64,000 bases of DNA, taken from positions 49,786,001 to 49,850,000 of the forward strand of contig NC_043002.1 in NCBI RefSeq assembly GCF_006345805.1, given 5' to 3'. Positions 1-12,222 of the stretch are shown here, in pieces. Source of the stretch: Octopus sinensis (Eukaryota). The notes under the pieces were generated by a model. The model saw only the letters and a program-made list of their open reading frames with translations. It did no database searches and was not told where the DNA came from. Position numbers and translations under genes: made by a program. Every line of letters starts with the position of its first letter. Positions within the stretch are counted from its first letter, which is position 1.

Positions 1-105
1 CATCCCCAAAGCATCAGACTCTTACCGCCAAACCTCAAATTTTTTGGTCGTGTAACGTGGGTCGTTTTTCTTCCCTGGAGGCCTCTTGACAAATTCTCGC
101 TTATT
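1..105 (-). pseudogene. Second, inverted fragment of the same Tc1-like transposase
   Basis: Minus strand reads NKREFVKRPPGKKNDPRYTTK..FGGKSLMLWG, roughly 80% identical by eye to plus-strand 110-180. Confidence 0.85.
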
Positions 106-856
106 AGAAAGCGAAACTACCCACGTTATACGACGAAAACAGTGAAGTTTGGTGGGTAAGTGTCTGATGCTTTGGCGGTGCATAAAAAATGATTGTTCAA
201 GAAAGCTGGTTAAAATTGATGGTAATTTGAATAGTGCCAAATACATCCAGTTGCTGAAGGACAATTTGATACCGGACTTGGATGAAGGTGAGATTTTTCA
301 GTATTACGAAGCTCCATGTCACAGATCGCTTGCAACACAACAAAATCTGGCTGATTAAGGTGTTACCGTATTGAAAGAATGGCCAGCTCAGAGCCCTGAC
401 TTAAATATCATCGAACAAATGTAGACAGAAGTAAAGAGAAGAGTTCGTCCGAAGAATACACGCAATTTTAAAGAATTGTGGGAACTCAGCCACAGAATGG
501 CATCTCATACCTGTGAAGATAGCAAAGGATTTGTAAGCATCTCTCCCCAGGCGCATTGAAGCATTTATTCAAGCTAGAGGAAGCCACACGAATTATTAAC
601 AATGTACAGTAACTTCTTGAAATGAACATTATGCAATAGATTTTCATTATAGACATTTTTCTGTTTTAAAACAATGTATTTTGATTGGCTTATGTGAAGT
701 GACCGAAAACTTTTGCACGGCCAACCCCTACAACAAAATATAATGATTAAAAATGGAAATGACTATGTTTCATCTGTAAAAAACGCAATTTATAAGTTGG
801 TAATTTGTAGAAATTTACAATAGTTTAAAGTGGCCGAAGACTTTTGCATGGTACTG
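1..856 (+). mobile_element. Decayed Tc1-like (DD34E-type) transposon: 3' part of transposase plus right IR-DR terminus
   Basis: Plus strand from ~107 reads KRNYPRYTTKTVKFGG/KCLMLWRCI...APCHRS...WPAQSPDLNIIE...LPRRIEAFIQARGSHTNY*, with stops and frameshifts. It ends GGTACTG|TA at 856. The terminal motif recurs internally (699-725 vs 830-856), as in IR-DR elements. Confidence 0.9.
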
Positions 857-905
857 TATATATACACACATAAGCTTACATATATGTGTGTGTGTGTGTG
901 TGTGT

Positions 906-1207
906 GGAGGCGCAATGACCCAGTGGTTAGGGCAGCGGACTCGCGATTGTAGGATCGTGGTTTCGATTCCCAGACCGGGCGTTGTGAGTGTTTATTGAGC
1001 GAAAACACCTAAGGCTCCGCGAGGCTCTGGCAAGAGGTGGTGGCAATCCCTGCTGTACTCTTTCGCCACAATCTTCTCTCACTCTTTCTTCTGTTGGCCT
1101 GTTCGCTTGGCCAGCGGGGTGGCGTCATTTGAAGGCTAAAACAATGCGAAGCGCATTGTGACCAGTGAAGTGTAGCAACATCTGATAGCCAGGTCAGTTA
1201 CAGTGAT
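906..1207 (+). mobile_element. tRNA-derived SINE (type D)
   Basis: Pol III A-box-like (CAGTGGTTAG) and B-box-like (GTTTCGATTCC) head. Its 3' tail recurs at 31291-31390. Confidence 0.8.
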
Positions 1208-1289
1208 ATATATATATATAAATATTGAATGTATTTATGCATACACACACACGTGTGTGTTTGTGTATCTCTCCCCGCCTCTCTCTCTC

Positions 1290-1517
1290 TCTCTCCTCTC
1301 TCTATATATATTATATATATATATATATATATATTGTGTGTGTGTATACAGTATATATATATATATATATATACTGTATATATATATTATATATAATATA
1401 TATACATATTGCATATATATTATATGTCAATGCATATACTGTATATAATATATAATATATATATATATTATATTATAATATATATATATATATAATATGT
1501 ATACATACTGTATATAG

Positions 1518-1552
<35 letters not shown>

Positions 1553-1582
1553 ATATATCTATATATATATATATATATATAT
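1290..1582. repeat. Compound (TA)n microsatellite
   Basis: Direct inspection. Confidence 0.95.
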
Positions 1583-2120
1583 AAGTGTGTGTGCTTGTAT
1601 GGTGCTGAACAGTTTTTTATTCAAAGAATATCTTAATTTTTTAATCATTATTTTATTCATAGTTAGTTTTTCTTTTGAATTTTCTGTGCTATTTTCGTTA
1701 CACACACACACACACACACGTGTGTGTGTGTGTTTCATTTTTCTATTTCTTTCCATTTGTTTTTACTCCTTCTTTCTATAATTTTTTTTCTTACGATAAA
1801 TTTTTTCTCTTTACGTCATACTTTTTAAATATTTTATCAGATGTTTTAAATTTCGCGGCATTATCTTAAAACTGGATTCCGTATGAACTGATAAACGTAT
1901 AAAATACAATGTTTTTAGATAATATTTAGGTTATTCTAGAAAAAAAAATCGAAAGAATGATACACGTGTCAAATGCACCACAAATTTTAATTATATGGGG
2001 CGTTCTTTTTTTTCTTTTTTTTTTTTTTTTTTTTTTTTCCTTTTTTTTTCTCGAAATTATACACATCTAGTATACTGAATAGTACGTAACCTAGCTGTTA
2101 ATTTGTAAATAAATACATAT

Positions 2121-2770
2121 TGGCACAATCGTTACCTCGCCGGGTAAAATGCTTAGCGGATATGCGAACTGGCAGAATCGTTAGCACGCCGGGCGAAATT
2201 CTTAGCGGTATTTCGTCGGCCGCTACGTTCTGAGTTGAAATTCCGCCGAGGTCGACTTTGCCTTTCATCCTTTCGGGGTCGATTAAATAAGTACCAGTTA
2301 CGCACTGGGGTCGATATAATCGACTTAATCCTTTTGTCTGTCCTTGTTTGTCCTCTCTGTGTTTAGCCCCTGGTGGGTAGTAAAGAAATAGGTATTTCGC
2401 TCGTCGCTACGTTCTGAGTTCAAATTCCGCCGAGGTCGACTTTGCCTTTCATCCTTTCGGGGTCGATAAAATAAGTACCAGTGAAACACTGGGGTTAGTG
2501 TAATCGACTAGTATCCTCCTCCAAAATTTCAGGCGCCTGTGCCTTTCGTAGAAATGTGGCGAACTGACAGAATCGTAACCACGCCTGGCAAATTGCTAGG
2601 CGTCATTTCGTCCGTCTTTACGTTCTGAGTTCGAATTCCGCTGAGGTCGACTTTGCTCTTCATCCCGTTTGGGTGCGATAAAATAAGTACCAGCTTGAAC
2701 ACTAGGGTGGGTGTAATCAATGTACTCCCTCACCCGAAATTGCTGACCTACTGCCAAAATTTGAAATCAT
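2121..2770 (+). mobile_element. SINE-A cluster: duplicated head, dimer, then a third copy
   Basis: Core GTTCAAATTCCGCCGAGGTCGACTTTGCCTTTCATCCTTTCGGGGTCGA occurs three times. Dimer junction GAAATAG|GTATTTC at ~2392. Confidence 0.9.
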
Positions 2771-2775
2771 CATCA

Positions 2776-2806
<31 letters not shown>

Positions 2807-2845
2807 CATTATTATTATAATTATTATTATTATTATTATTATTAA

Positions 2846-3060
2846 GGCGGTGAGCTGGCAGAATCATTACAGCGCCGGGCAAAATGCTTAGCAGCATTTC
2901 GACCGACTTTACGTTCTGAGTTCAAATTCTGCCGAGGTCGACTTTGCCTTTCATCCTTTCGGGGTCGATTAAATAAGTACCAGTTACGCACTGCGGTCGA
3001 TGTAATCGACTTCATCCCGTCCCCAAAATTTGAGGCCTTGTGCTGCCAATAGAAAGGATT
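2846..3060 (+). mobile_element. SINE-A monomer embedded in (ATT)n
   Basis: GGCGGTGAGCTGGCAGAATC head, shared core, AGGATTATT tail, (ATT)n on both sides. Confidence 0.9.
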
Positions 3061-3391
3061 ATTATTATTATTATTAATATTATTATTACTATTAGTATAG
3101 ACGTTTGGTGTGGCCATTGTAACTAATAAATCAAGTGGTATGATATATATTTGTGCGTGTATAATTTGTATGCTTATACGTACATTCGTGTATGCATGTA
3201 TACACATACATAAATGTGTGCGTTTGTGTTAAGTTATATATGAAAACTGAATGATTACTCAGTATTCTCTAGTAGAGTACATTTTCATTAACTTCGATGT
3301 CCCTGTCAAGTTAATATTTATAAGTATATTAGCATATATATTTATGTATGCGTGTGTACCACTATACACACACACACACACATATATATAT

Positions 3392-3423
<32 letters not shown>

Positions 3424-3709
3424 CTACACTCACAGACACACATGAATACATATAAATACATGTATATTTTATACTATACATTTATATATTTATTCATCCA
3501 CCGATAAAAGAGAAATAGGAATGACTGCAAGCAATAGGAGACAAATCTTTCTCAAATTACACCCAAACGTCTAAAAAAAAAAAAAAAGTAATTAACCAGG
3601 TTACTCATTTACTTAATTTTCATAACTGCAGTTCAGAGCCTCATTTTTGTTATCATAACTTTCATAATTGTACAATATTTGTACATGACGATCATGTAGA
3701 CGAACTTTG

Positions 3710-3754
<45 letters not shown>

Positions 3755-3756
<2 letters not shown>

Positions 3757-3999
3757 TTTACTTTTTTCAGTCATTTGATTGCGGCCATGTGGAGCACCCC
3801 TCGTTCGAACAAATCGATCCAGGACTTATTCTTTGTAAGCCTAGTACTTATTCTATCGTTCTTTTGCCGAACCGCTGAGTTAAGGATACGTAAACACACC
3901 ACATCTGTTGTCAAGCGATGGTGGGGTGACAAACACAGACACACAAACATACACAAACACTTATACATACATACATACATACATACATACATACATACA

Positions 4000-4030
<31 letters not shown>

Positions 4031-4374
4031 GTGTATATATAATATATATATATATATAAAGGGTAAAGACCCCCTTCGGTCATGAATGACCATGGGATTG
4101 CGCCTAGAAAGTTACCCTCCTAGACACAAGTCCGGGCAAGGTTGTTTATGGAAGACCAGCAGTCGCCCATGCAAACCAGCCTCTCCTCTCCACGCCACCA
4201 GTGTTATCCAAGGGAAAACACAAGGCTGATACACCTTGGCACCATGATGTTGCAACTCATTTTCTACAGGAGTGAACTGGAGCAACGTGAAATAAAGTGT
4301 CTTGCTCAAGAACACAACACGCAGCTCACAACCTCACGATCGTAAGCTCGACGCTCTAACCACTGAGCCATGCG

Positions 4375-4445
<71 letters not shown>

Positions 4446-4582
4446 CATATAACACGACGGACTTCTTTCAGTTTCCGTCTACCAAATTCGTTCACAAGGC
4501 TTTGGTCGGCCCGAGGCTATAGTAGAAGACACTTGCCCACGGTGCCAAGCAGTAGAACTTACCACACAGCCACTCCTACGCC
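3755..4582 (-). mobile_element. SINE-B (CORE-like) split by a nested SINE-C
   Basis: 3' half at 3755-3960 and 5' half at 4450-4582 are both on the minus strand and flank an internal microsatellite holding another SINE. Confidence 0.85.
4058..4378 (-). mobile_element. SINE-C with tail type 1, nested in SINE-B
   Basis: Reverse complement begins AAGGCGCATGGCTCAGTGGTTAGAGC, carries the C core (CTTGAGCAAGACACTTTATTTCACGTTGCTCCAG) and ends GGGGTCTTTACCCTTT. Confidence 0.85.
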
Positions 4583-4599
4583 TATATATGTATTTATGT

Positions 4600-4800
4600 T
4601 TGTGTGTCTGTGTTTGTCACCCACCATCACTTGACAACCGATGCTGGTGTGTTTATGTCCCTGTAACCTAGCCGTTCAGTAAAAGAGTCCGATAGAATAA
4701 GTGCTAGGCTTACAAAGAATAAGTCCTGGAATCGATTCGCTCGATTAAAGGTGGTGTGCTCCAGCATGACCGCAGTCAAATGATTGAACAATTAAAAACG
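4600..4800 (+). mobile_element. SINE-B 3' half
   Basis: Matches the 3' half of the full copies at 25210 and 35722. Confidence 0.85.
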
Positions 4801-4829
4801 GTAAAAAAATAAGCAAGTGTATATATATA

Positions 4830-4868
<39 letters not shown>

Positions 4869-5101
4869 TGTGTGTGTGCATAGACTATATTTATTCATGT
4901 GAAAGTCGCATTCTTTCAATATTATACTTGATAATAACTGAAAAGTCTGAAGTGCGGCTTATAACACGAGAAAATAAGGCACGCGCGTGTGTGTGTGTAT
5001 ATATATATATAAATGTATGTGTGTAGGTTTGTTTGTATATCTCTACGTATTTGTATACGTATATACACATGTATACACTTTGGTGTGTGAGTGTAGGTGT
5101 A

Positions 5102-5196
<95 letters not shown>

Positions 5197-5444
5197 GCAC
5201 ACACACGTCAACAAAATAATTTCATATCTTTTCAACTTTACGTTAGGTTGCTGAGTATTATACAACTTAGAGACATAAATCTGTACCTTTTGTCTTGATC
5301 GTTATTATCAGTAATAATCGGAATTTTTGAAGTTTTAATTTTCGGCTACTATAATACAAATTGAAAGAAATGCTAATGAATGCTTGCGATACAATTCATA
5401 AATACGGACTTATTTCCTTTCTGAGAAAGAAATTTGCACCTCCA

Positions 5445-5760
5445 TCACATGGCCCTGGGTTCGATCTCACTGCGAGACACTGTGAGCGAGTGTCTTCTAC
5501 TATAGCCCTGTGCCGACCAATACCTTGGAGGTCCATCGTGTATTTGTGTGTGTGTGTGTGTGTGTGTCTTTTTCACTCCTACACCGCCTCTAGACAACCG
5601 GTGCTGGTTTGTTTACGTTTCCACAACTTAGTGGTTCGGCAGAAGACACAGGCAGAATAAGTACCAGTTTCAAAAAAAAATAAATACGTAAGGAGTGGGT
5701 CGGTGGCGGGGAGGCTCCAGCATGGTCGCAGTCTGATGACTGAAACAGGTAAAATAAAAT
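5445..5760 (+). mobile_element. Diverged SINE-B
   Basis: Recognisable 5' and 3' halves around a (GT)n tract. Confidence 0.75.
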
Positions 5761-5938
5761 AATGATAGAGAGATAACTTAGTTGTTATTCAATATCTTCA
5801 ATAACATTTCAGCTATAAAATTTCATTAAAAAATACGTTTGTTAAAGAAAATTTTGATGAAAAAGAATCCACGGCCTTTGGGGCATTAAAATGTAGTTAT
5901 GCCAATTAGATACCGTAGTTCTAGATATATTATATTCG

Positions 5939-6347
5939 GGCAATCTTTTGTCTCTAGTAGACCTTTCCGTCGATTTCCGTAAAAAAATTTTTTTTTTTAC
6001 ATATGGGCTTGCGGGAACTTTTGAAGTAATGAGATCGAAAGAGACTAAGAGAAAGCGATTGTATGACGAGAGAAGTTCTTTTGAAGTTACCGTCCAGGGG
6101 AAGCAGTGTGTGTGTTTGATGGGGTGTGGAAGACAGATAGTATGTTGTGTAAGTGAAGTGCTTCTGTTAGTGTGTGTGAAGAGACAGAGTAATGTGTGAA
6201 AGAAAGAGATAACTGAAACTTTTTATTCGGTGTATGTGTATATTGTATGTATATTACTTCAAAAGTTCCCGCAAGCCCATATGTAAAAAAAAAAAAAAAT
6301 TTTTTACGGAAATCGACGGAAAGGTCTACTAGAGACGAAAGATCGCC
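5939..6347. mobile_element. 409-bp MITE with ~92-bp TIRs and a perfect 8-bp TSD
   Basis: TIRs 5939-6030 and 6253-6347 (GGCAATCTTTTGTCTCTAGTAGACC... / ...GGTCTACTAGAGACGAAAGATCGCC). TATATTCG at 5931-5938 and 6348-6355. Confidence 0.9.
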
Positions 6348-6955
6348 TATATTCGAATATATGTTATAACGCAAGATGGGGTGTGTCATGGAAGGATTGT
6401 CTCCGATCAACTAGACTTTGTTTTGATCGAGGGATTAAGCACCTATGCAGCAGCGGTGGGGCGGGCGGATTGACTGAACGACGAATTAAATGAAGGTTTT
6501 ATGACTGTTGTTCTTGTTAATCGCTTTAATTCCGCTTTGTGTGTGTGTTTGTTGTTTGTGTTGGAGGAGAAGCGGTGAGGACGATTGTGTAAAAGTTCTT
6601 CATCAACATTTTATAATCTTGCGATTGGTTTATTTTTCGTGTGAGACCGTAACATGTAAAAATAAATCTTTTAAGAAGACGATAGTATTTATTATTGGTA
6701 AGTAACGTTTTTTTTTTTTTGTTTTAGATTATTTGTCTTATTTTGGTTTGCTTTTCTTTTTTCGCCAAATATTATGTATGTATGTATTTATGTATTTATG
6801 TATGTATATTTGTGTGTGCGTATATATTTACTCTCAGATATTTTGCTAAAATCAAAATATAAACAAATTAAAAAAAACAACCATAACATAGCGAGAAAGA
6901 AATGTCTCGCTTAACGTTTATATTTTAGTATTGCTTTTGATATAATATATGTGTG

Positions 6956-7037
<82 letters not shown>

Positions 7038-7537
7038 TGCACACACGCACATTCTTTCGTTACATTCATTTAGTGTATCGCTATTTCACACACATAGTCT
7101 GTGTTGCTCACTCTCTCATACTCTTTCTTTCCCGCGCTCTTTCATACAATTTCCCTGTCTCTCTTTCTCGCTTTTTACTCATGCACTTTCTATCTAGTTC
7201 TCTCTCTTTCTCCTCTCTCTTTCCCTACCCCCTCTTCCTTTATACACCATACATTTTCTCCCTCAAATCTTTACTTTCTCTCTCTCTCTCGTACACACAC
7301 ACACATACACACACACACACGCGCACACACACGTTTTCCTTCTCTCTATCACACACTTAGCTTTCCTCTGTTTCTCTTTATCATTTCTTTTCTTTCTCCT
7401 GTTGATTTTTATTTATTTATTTGTTTGTTTTTACACTCACCAACACATGTTACAAATACAGAAACAAAGCGATGCCCCAGCATGGCCACAGTTCAATGCC
7501 TGAAACAGGTGAAGGATAAACATCTAACTCCTCTCTG

Positions 7538-7539
7538 CT

Positions 7540-7590
<51 letters not shown>

Positions 7591-7674
7591 GCCTATCTAT
7601 CTACCTACCTACCTATCTATCTATCTATCGATCTATCTATCTATCTACAATATATATAACTGTCTATCTATCTG

Positions 7675-7725
<51 letters not shown>

Positions 7726-7740
7726 CTGTCTATCTATCTG

Positions 7741-7777
<37 letters not shown>

Positions 7778-7800
7778 TATCTATCATCTACCTATCTATC
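7538..7800. repeat. (TATC)n / (TA)n compound microsatellite
   Basis: Direct inspection. Confidence 0.95.
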
Positions 7801-8089
7801 ACAAACACACACACACACACATATATATATATACATACACACTCACGCACTTTTGTGAATTTTTTCCCTCCAGCATATCGAAACACCCCCCCCCTATACT
7901 CTTTCCAAAAGAACCATAAATCTCCAATTAGCCTTTCTCTCCCCCCCAAATCAAGTATAACGTTATATAACATTACAGTTAAACAACATTTCGTGTGCAT
8001 TGCCACACCTGAACTTCGCTAACTACAAACTATTATATAACAAACGGTCACAATTGATATCATAAATTTGTAACTGCTACACAAGCATA

Positions 8090-8154
8090 TTATCCTTTTA
8101 CTCTTTCTCTTTCTCTCTCACTCATTCACTTTCACTCTCATTCACTCACTTTCA

Positions 8155-8194
<40 letters not shown>

Positions 8195-8575
8195 TGTGTG
8201 TGTATGTGTGTGTAATGACGCCCCAATGTCTCCATCTCTTCTCGTAACGTCTGCTCGTTTCTCTCTCTCATTAAATCTGCTTTCTCTCTCTCTCTCTCTC
8301 TCTCTCAGTTTGTTTCTCTTTCTCTGTTACTTTCTCCTTATTAATTCTCTTTCCCTCTCATATTATCTGCTTGTTTCTCTTTTCCCTCCTTTTCTTTCCC
8401 TCTAGTTGTTTCTCTCTCCCTCTCATATTATTTGCTTCTATCCCTCTCCCTCCCTCCCTCCCTCTCATATTTTTTCTTCTTTCTCTCTCCCTCCCTCATA
8501 TTATTTGCTTCTTTCTCTCTCTCCTCATTACATCCAGCTTTTCTCTCTCTTTCTCTCCTCATTACGTCCAGCTTT

Positions 8576-8619
<44 letters not shown>

Positions 8620-9186
8620 TACCTACCTGTTTTTCTTTCCCTGTTATAATATCTGCTTCTTTCACGCTCCCCTACCTCATTTCGTCTGGTTATTTCTCTC
8701 TCCCTCAATATTTCTGTATTTCTCTCTCTCACCCTCTCATAAATATCTCCATGTTTTTCTCCTCTCACTTCATAACGTTTTGTTGTTACTTTTCTCCCTT
8801 CTCTCATAAATTCTGCTTGTTTCTTTCCTCCCTCCCTCCCTTCATTATATTTGCTTATTTCCCACCCTCTCTCTCTTTCTCTATCGCCTTCCCTGAATAT
8901 GTTTCTATCTCTTCCCTCACCTCATAAATTTCTTTCTCTCTTTCTTCCCAGCGCTCTCTCCCTCCCTCTCTTTCTCTCTATGTCTCTCTAACATTCTCTC
9001 CCTCTCTACTCTCACCCGACTCTCCCTCATTTTATATACTTATCTTCCATTCTTTACATGCCCCCCTCTCTCTCTCTTTCATAGCTGCTTGTTTCTCTTC
9101 CCCTCTCATAAAATTTGCTTGTTTCTCTCTCCCGTCTTACCTCATAACGTCTGCTTGCTTCTCTCTCCTACCCCCCCGTCTCTCTC
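8090..9186 (+). repeat. ~1.1-kb polypyrimidine (CT-rich) tract with degenerate internal repeats
   Basis: Strongly C/T-biased strand, recurring CTCATA(T)(T)ATTTGCTT-like motif, and a direct duplication CTCTCCTCATTAC(A/G)TCCAGCTTTTCTCTCTCT at ~8519-8585. Confidence 0.8.
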
Positions 9187-9534
9187 TCACACACACACAC
9201 ACTCTCTCTCCCTCTCTCTCACTCCCTCGCTGTGTATTTAACTATTTACCTTGTTCCTCTCTATATATCATTCAATCACTTTCCATCTGCATTCTAAAAC
9301 CCTGCTACCGTGCTTCTCTACTTTGTTTCCTTCTCTCTAATTACCACCACCACTATCACACACACACACACTCTCTCTCCCTCTCTCTCACTCCCTCGCT
9401 GTGTATTTAACTATTTACCTTGTTCCTCTCTATATATCATTCAATCACTTTCCATCTGCATTCTAAAACCCTGCTACCGTGCTTCTCTACTTTGTTTCCT
9501 TCTCTCTAATTACCACCACCACTATCACACACAC
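9187..9534 (+). repeat. Perfect 169-bp tandem duplication
   Basis: 9189-9357 appears identical to 9358-9526. Breakpoints lie in (CA)n. Confidence 0.95.
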
Positions 9535-9545
9535 AACACACACAC

Positions 9546-9585
<40 letters not shown>

Positions 9586-9589
9586 TCCA

Positions 9590-9735
9590 TGTGGTAAGAT
9601 GCTTGCTTCCCAACCACATGCGTCCGAGTTCAGTCCCACTGCGTGGCACCTTGAGCAATTGTCTTCTACTATAGCCTCGGGTTGACCAAAACCTTGTGAG
9701 TGCATTTGGTAGACGGAAACTGAAAGAAGCCCGCT
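9590..9735 (+). mobile_element. SINE-B 5' half
   Basis: GTGGTAAGATGCTTGCTTCCCAACCACATG...GGTAGACGGAAACTGAAAGAAGCCCG. Confidence 0.85.
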
Positions 9736-9855
9736 GTATATATATATATAAATATACAAATATATATATATATATATATATATAAATATATACTAATAGT
9801 AATGGTAAGACAACAAAAGAATGAAAGATCTCGATTTTATGTAAATAGAGGAATT

Positions 9856-10039
9856 TATTTGTAATATAATATGTGACAATTATTCGGTTGCCATAATAAA
9901 ACTCCGAGTTTCGGATGTCTGGACGGAAACCTGCACCGGCATAACTGAAGAGATGCCGATGCAGATTTCTGCCCCGACATCCGAAACTCGGAGTTTTATT
10001 ATGACAACCGAATAATTGTCACATATTATATTACAAATA
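9856..10039. repeat. 184-bp hairpin (87-bp arms, 10-nt loop)
   Basis: Arms 9856-9942 and 9953-10039, about 6 mismatches. Loop AACTGAAGAG. Confidence 0.95.
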
Positions 10040-10430
10040 TGTGTGTGTGTGTGCGCGCGCACACACGCATACACACACACGCATACACACACATGTATAA
10101 TGAGCTAAGAGGAACTCTGAGTGGCCTGTGGCATTTAAATGCAGGTATAGCAAATATTTAACAAAATACCTTTGATTTAACAAAATCATCTCCGCCTCTA
10201 GAGGACGTGTCACACACAAACAAACACGCACGCGTGCAAGCAGGCAATATCGTATGGTTGTTATCGGAATAGTTAAAGTTTGTTATTTGGCGATTATATG
10301 GTATCAACTAAGCATGATATTTTTTAGTTGCCATGTATTAACAATAACAGACTATATCATTCCATATACATTTTACTGTACTATAAGGTATTTGATGTTC
10401 TAATTTTGTTCGCGGAAACACCCATACCTT

Positions 10431-10462
<32 letters not shown>

Positions 10463-10915
10463 TACACACACATACACACAGATCTAGACAAACACGGTGA
10501 GTTGTTGCTTAGGTTCAGCTGCTGCCTGGAGTTGTAGAATCTATCGTTTTTAACTTCAGAATGACGTATACTTGCTTCCTTACGGCAGTTGAATTTATTC
10601 GAATCTCTTGTGAATTCTTTTAATTTTACGCTATCGGCGCAGACCCTCAACATCAATTTTGGGGTTTAACCCTTTCTTTATGATGAATTTGATGATAGAA
10701 AAGAACATGATGAGCAGACAGCTTGCTGTTTATCGACTGTTAATTGTGTTTTTAGGGCAGAAGTGTGTGTATGAACTGTTATGGGCGATAGATGACCGTC
10801 AGATAGGCGAATGATTGCTTTCAGGTTTAAACATTTTCACATAAATAAATCAAAACTTGTCTAAATTTTAATCTTCATCTTTCTACCTTTTGTTGTTGTT
10901 GCTGCTATTATTATT

Positions 10916-11395
10916 GGCGAACTGACAGAATCGTTACTGTGACGGACATAATGTTTAGCGTCATTTAGTCCGTTTTCACGTTCTTGGTTCAAATTCTGCC
11001 GAGGTCGAATTTGCCTTTCATCCTTTCAGGGACCGATGAAACAAGTACCTGTTACGAACTGGGATCTATGTATTCGACTTAATCTTTTCCCCGCAAAATT
11101 TGAGGCCTTGTGCTTCCAGTAGAAAGGATTAGGATTATTATTATCATTATTATTATTATTATTATTATTAAGACGGTGAGCTGGCAGGATCGTTGGCACG
11201 CCTGTAAAAATGCTTTGCGGCATTTTGTCCGTCTTTACATTCTGAGGTCAAATTTCGCCGGGGTCGACTTTGCCTTTCGTCCTTTCGGGGTTGAGGAAAT
11301 AAGTACCAGTTACGCAGCGGGGTCGATGTAATCGACTAATCCCCTCCGCCAAAATTTCAGGCCTTGTGCTCTTAGTAGAAAGGATTATTATTATT
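10916..11395 (+). mobile_element. Two SINE-A monomers separated by (ATT)n
   Basis: Heads at 10916 and 11172. Both have the core and an AGGATTATT tail. Confidence 0.9.
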
Positions 11396-11398
11396 ATA

Positions 11399-11945
11399 AA
11401 GAGAGCAGTACATGCTATCAAAATGACACTGGATTATACGAAGCCCAATATATATCTATCTTGACTACCCGTCTGATAAGGGTACACTAGGCACATGCAT
11501 CACTACCATATATGTACGCAATATGATGATCTCATATCGAGATAGACAGTGCATGACCTTGCAGGTGGAGCCCAGTTAGAATTTTCTTCAGATTGAGTAG
11601 CCCATCCCGCTCAAAAGGTCACTCAATAAGGATTGTTCAAGAATGTCGAACGACATACCGATGTTTTTAGAGGTGAATTATTCAAATCACAAAGAATTCC
11701 TCTCAGCACATCGCTGTGATGCTCCTCCACTACTACTGCTCATGATCAGAGATGCACAAATCGTCAGCCATTAAGGGACATGTTCATTTGGTTAATGTCA
11801 AACAGCTGATAGGCAAATCTGTGGTATTGAGCAGGATATTTGTTGTAGCCCATCTTTTATACCAAGATAAAACATGTACATAACACTTTCAATCAGTTAA
11901 GATCGGAAGCCATGAGAGCTAGTGCTTGGCATTGCATCAGGGCGT
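11399..11945 (-). mobile_element. Dispersed ~500-bp repeat, probably a non-LTR element 3' region
   Basis: Reverse-complement homolog at 51578-52015 (e.g. GTACCCTTATCAGACGGGTA, GGTATAAAAGATGGGCTAC). Ends in (AAT)n. Confidence 0.7.
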
Positions 11946-12186
11946 TTATTATTATTATTATTGTTATTACTTTTAATCTGCATGTTTGTTACAATCACTT
12001 GCCGAGACACATCCAGTGTCCTAGGGCGAGTGAAGAATAAGAGATTTGACAGTATGGCTGAAATTTATTGTTATTATTCTATAAATTACGTACCAGTGAA
12101 ACACTGGGGTCGATGTAATCGACTAGTCCCCTCCCTCAAAACTTCAGGCCTTGTGCCTTAAGTAGAAAGGATTATTATTATTATTA

Positions 12187-12222
<36 letters not shown>

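Noticed and set aside
4450-4800. Apparent (TA)n-mediated inversion of a SINE-B 5' half relative to its 3' half
   Set aside because: The minus 5' half pairs with the minus 3' half at 3755-3960, separated by a nested SINE-C. No inversion is needed.
10381-10656. Minus-strand ORF MMLRVCADSVKLKEF... as a possible exon
   Set aside because: No recognisable domain, no convincing splice-site pair, and it runs into a (TG)n tract.
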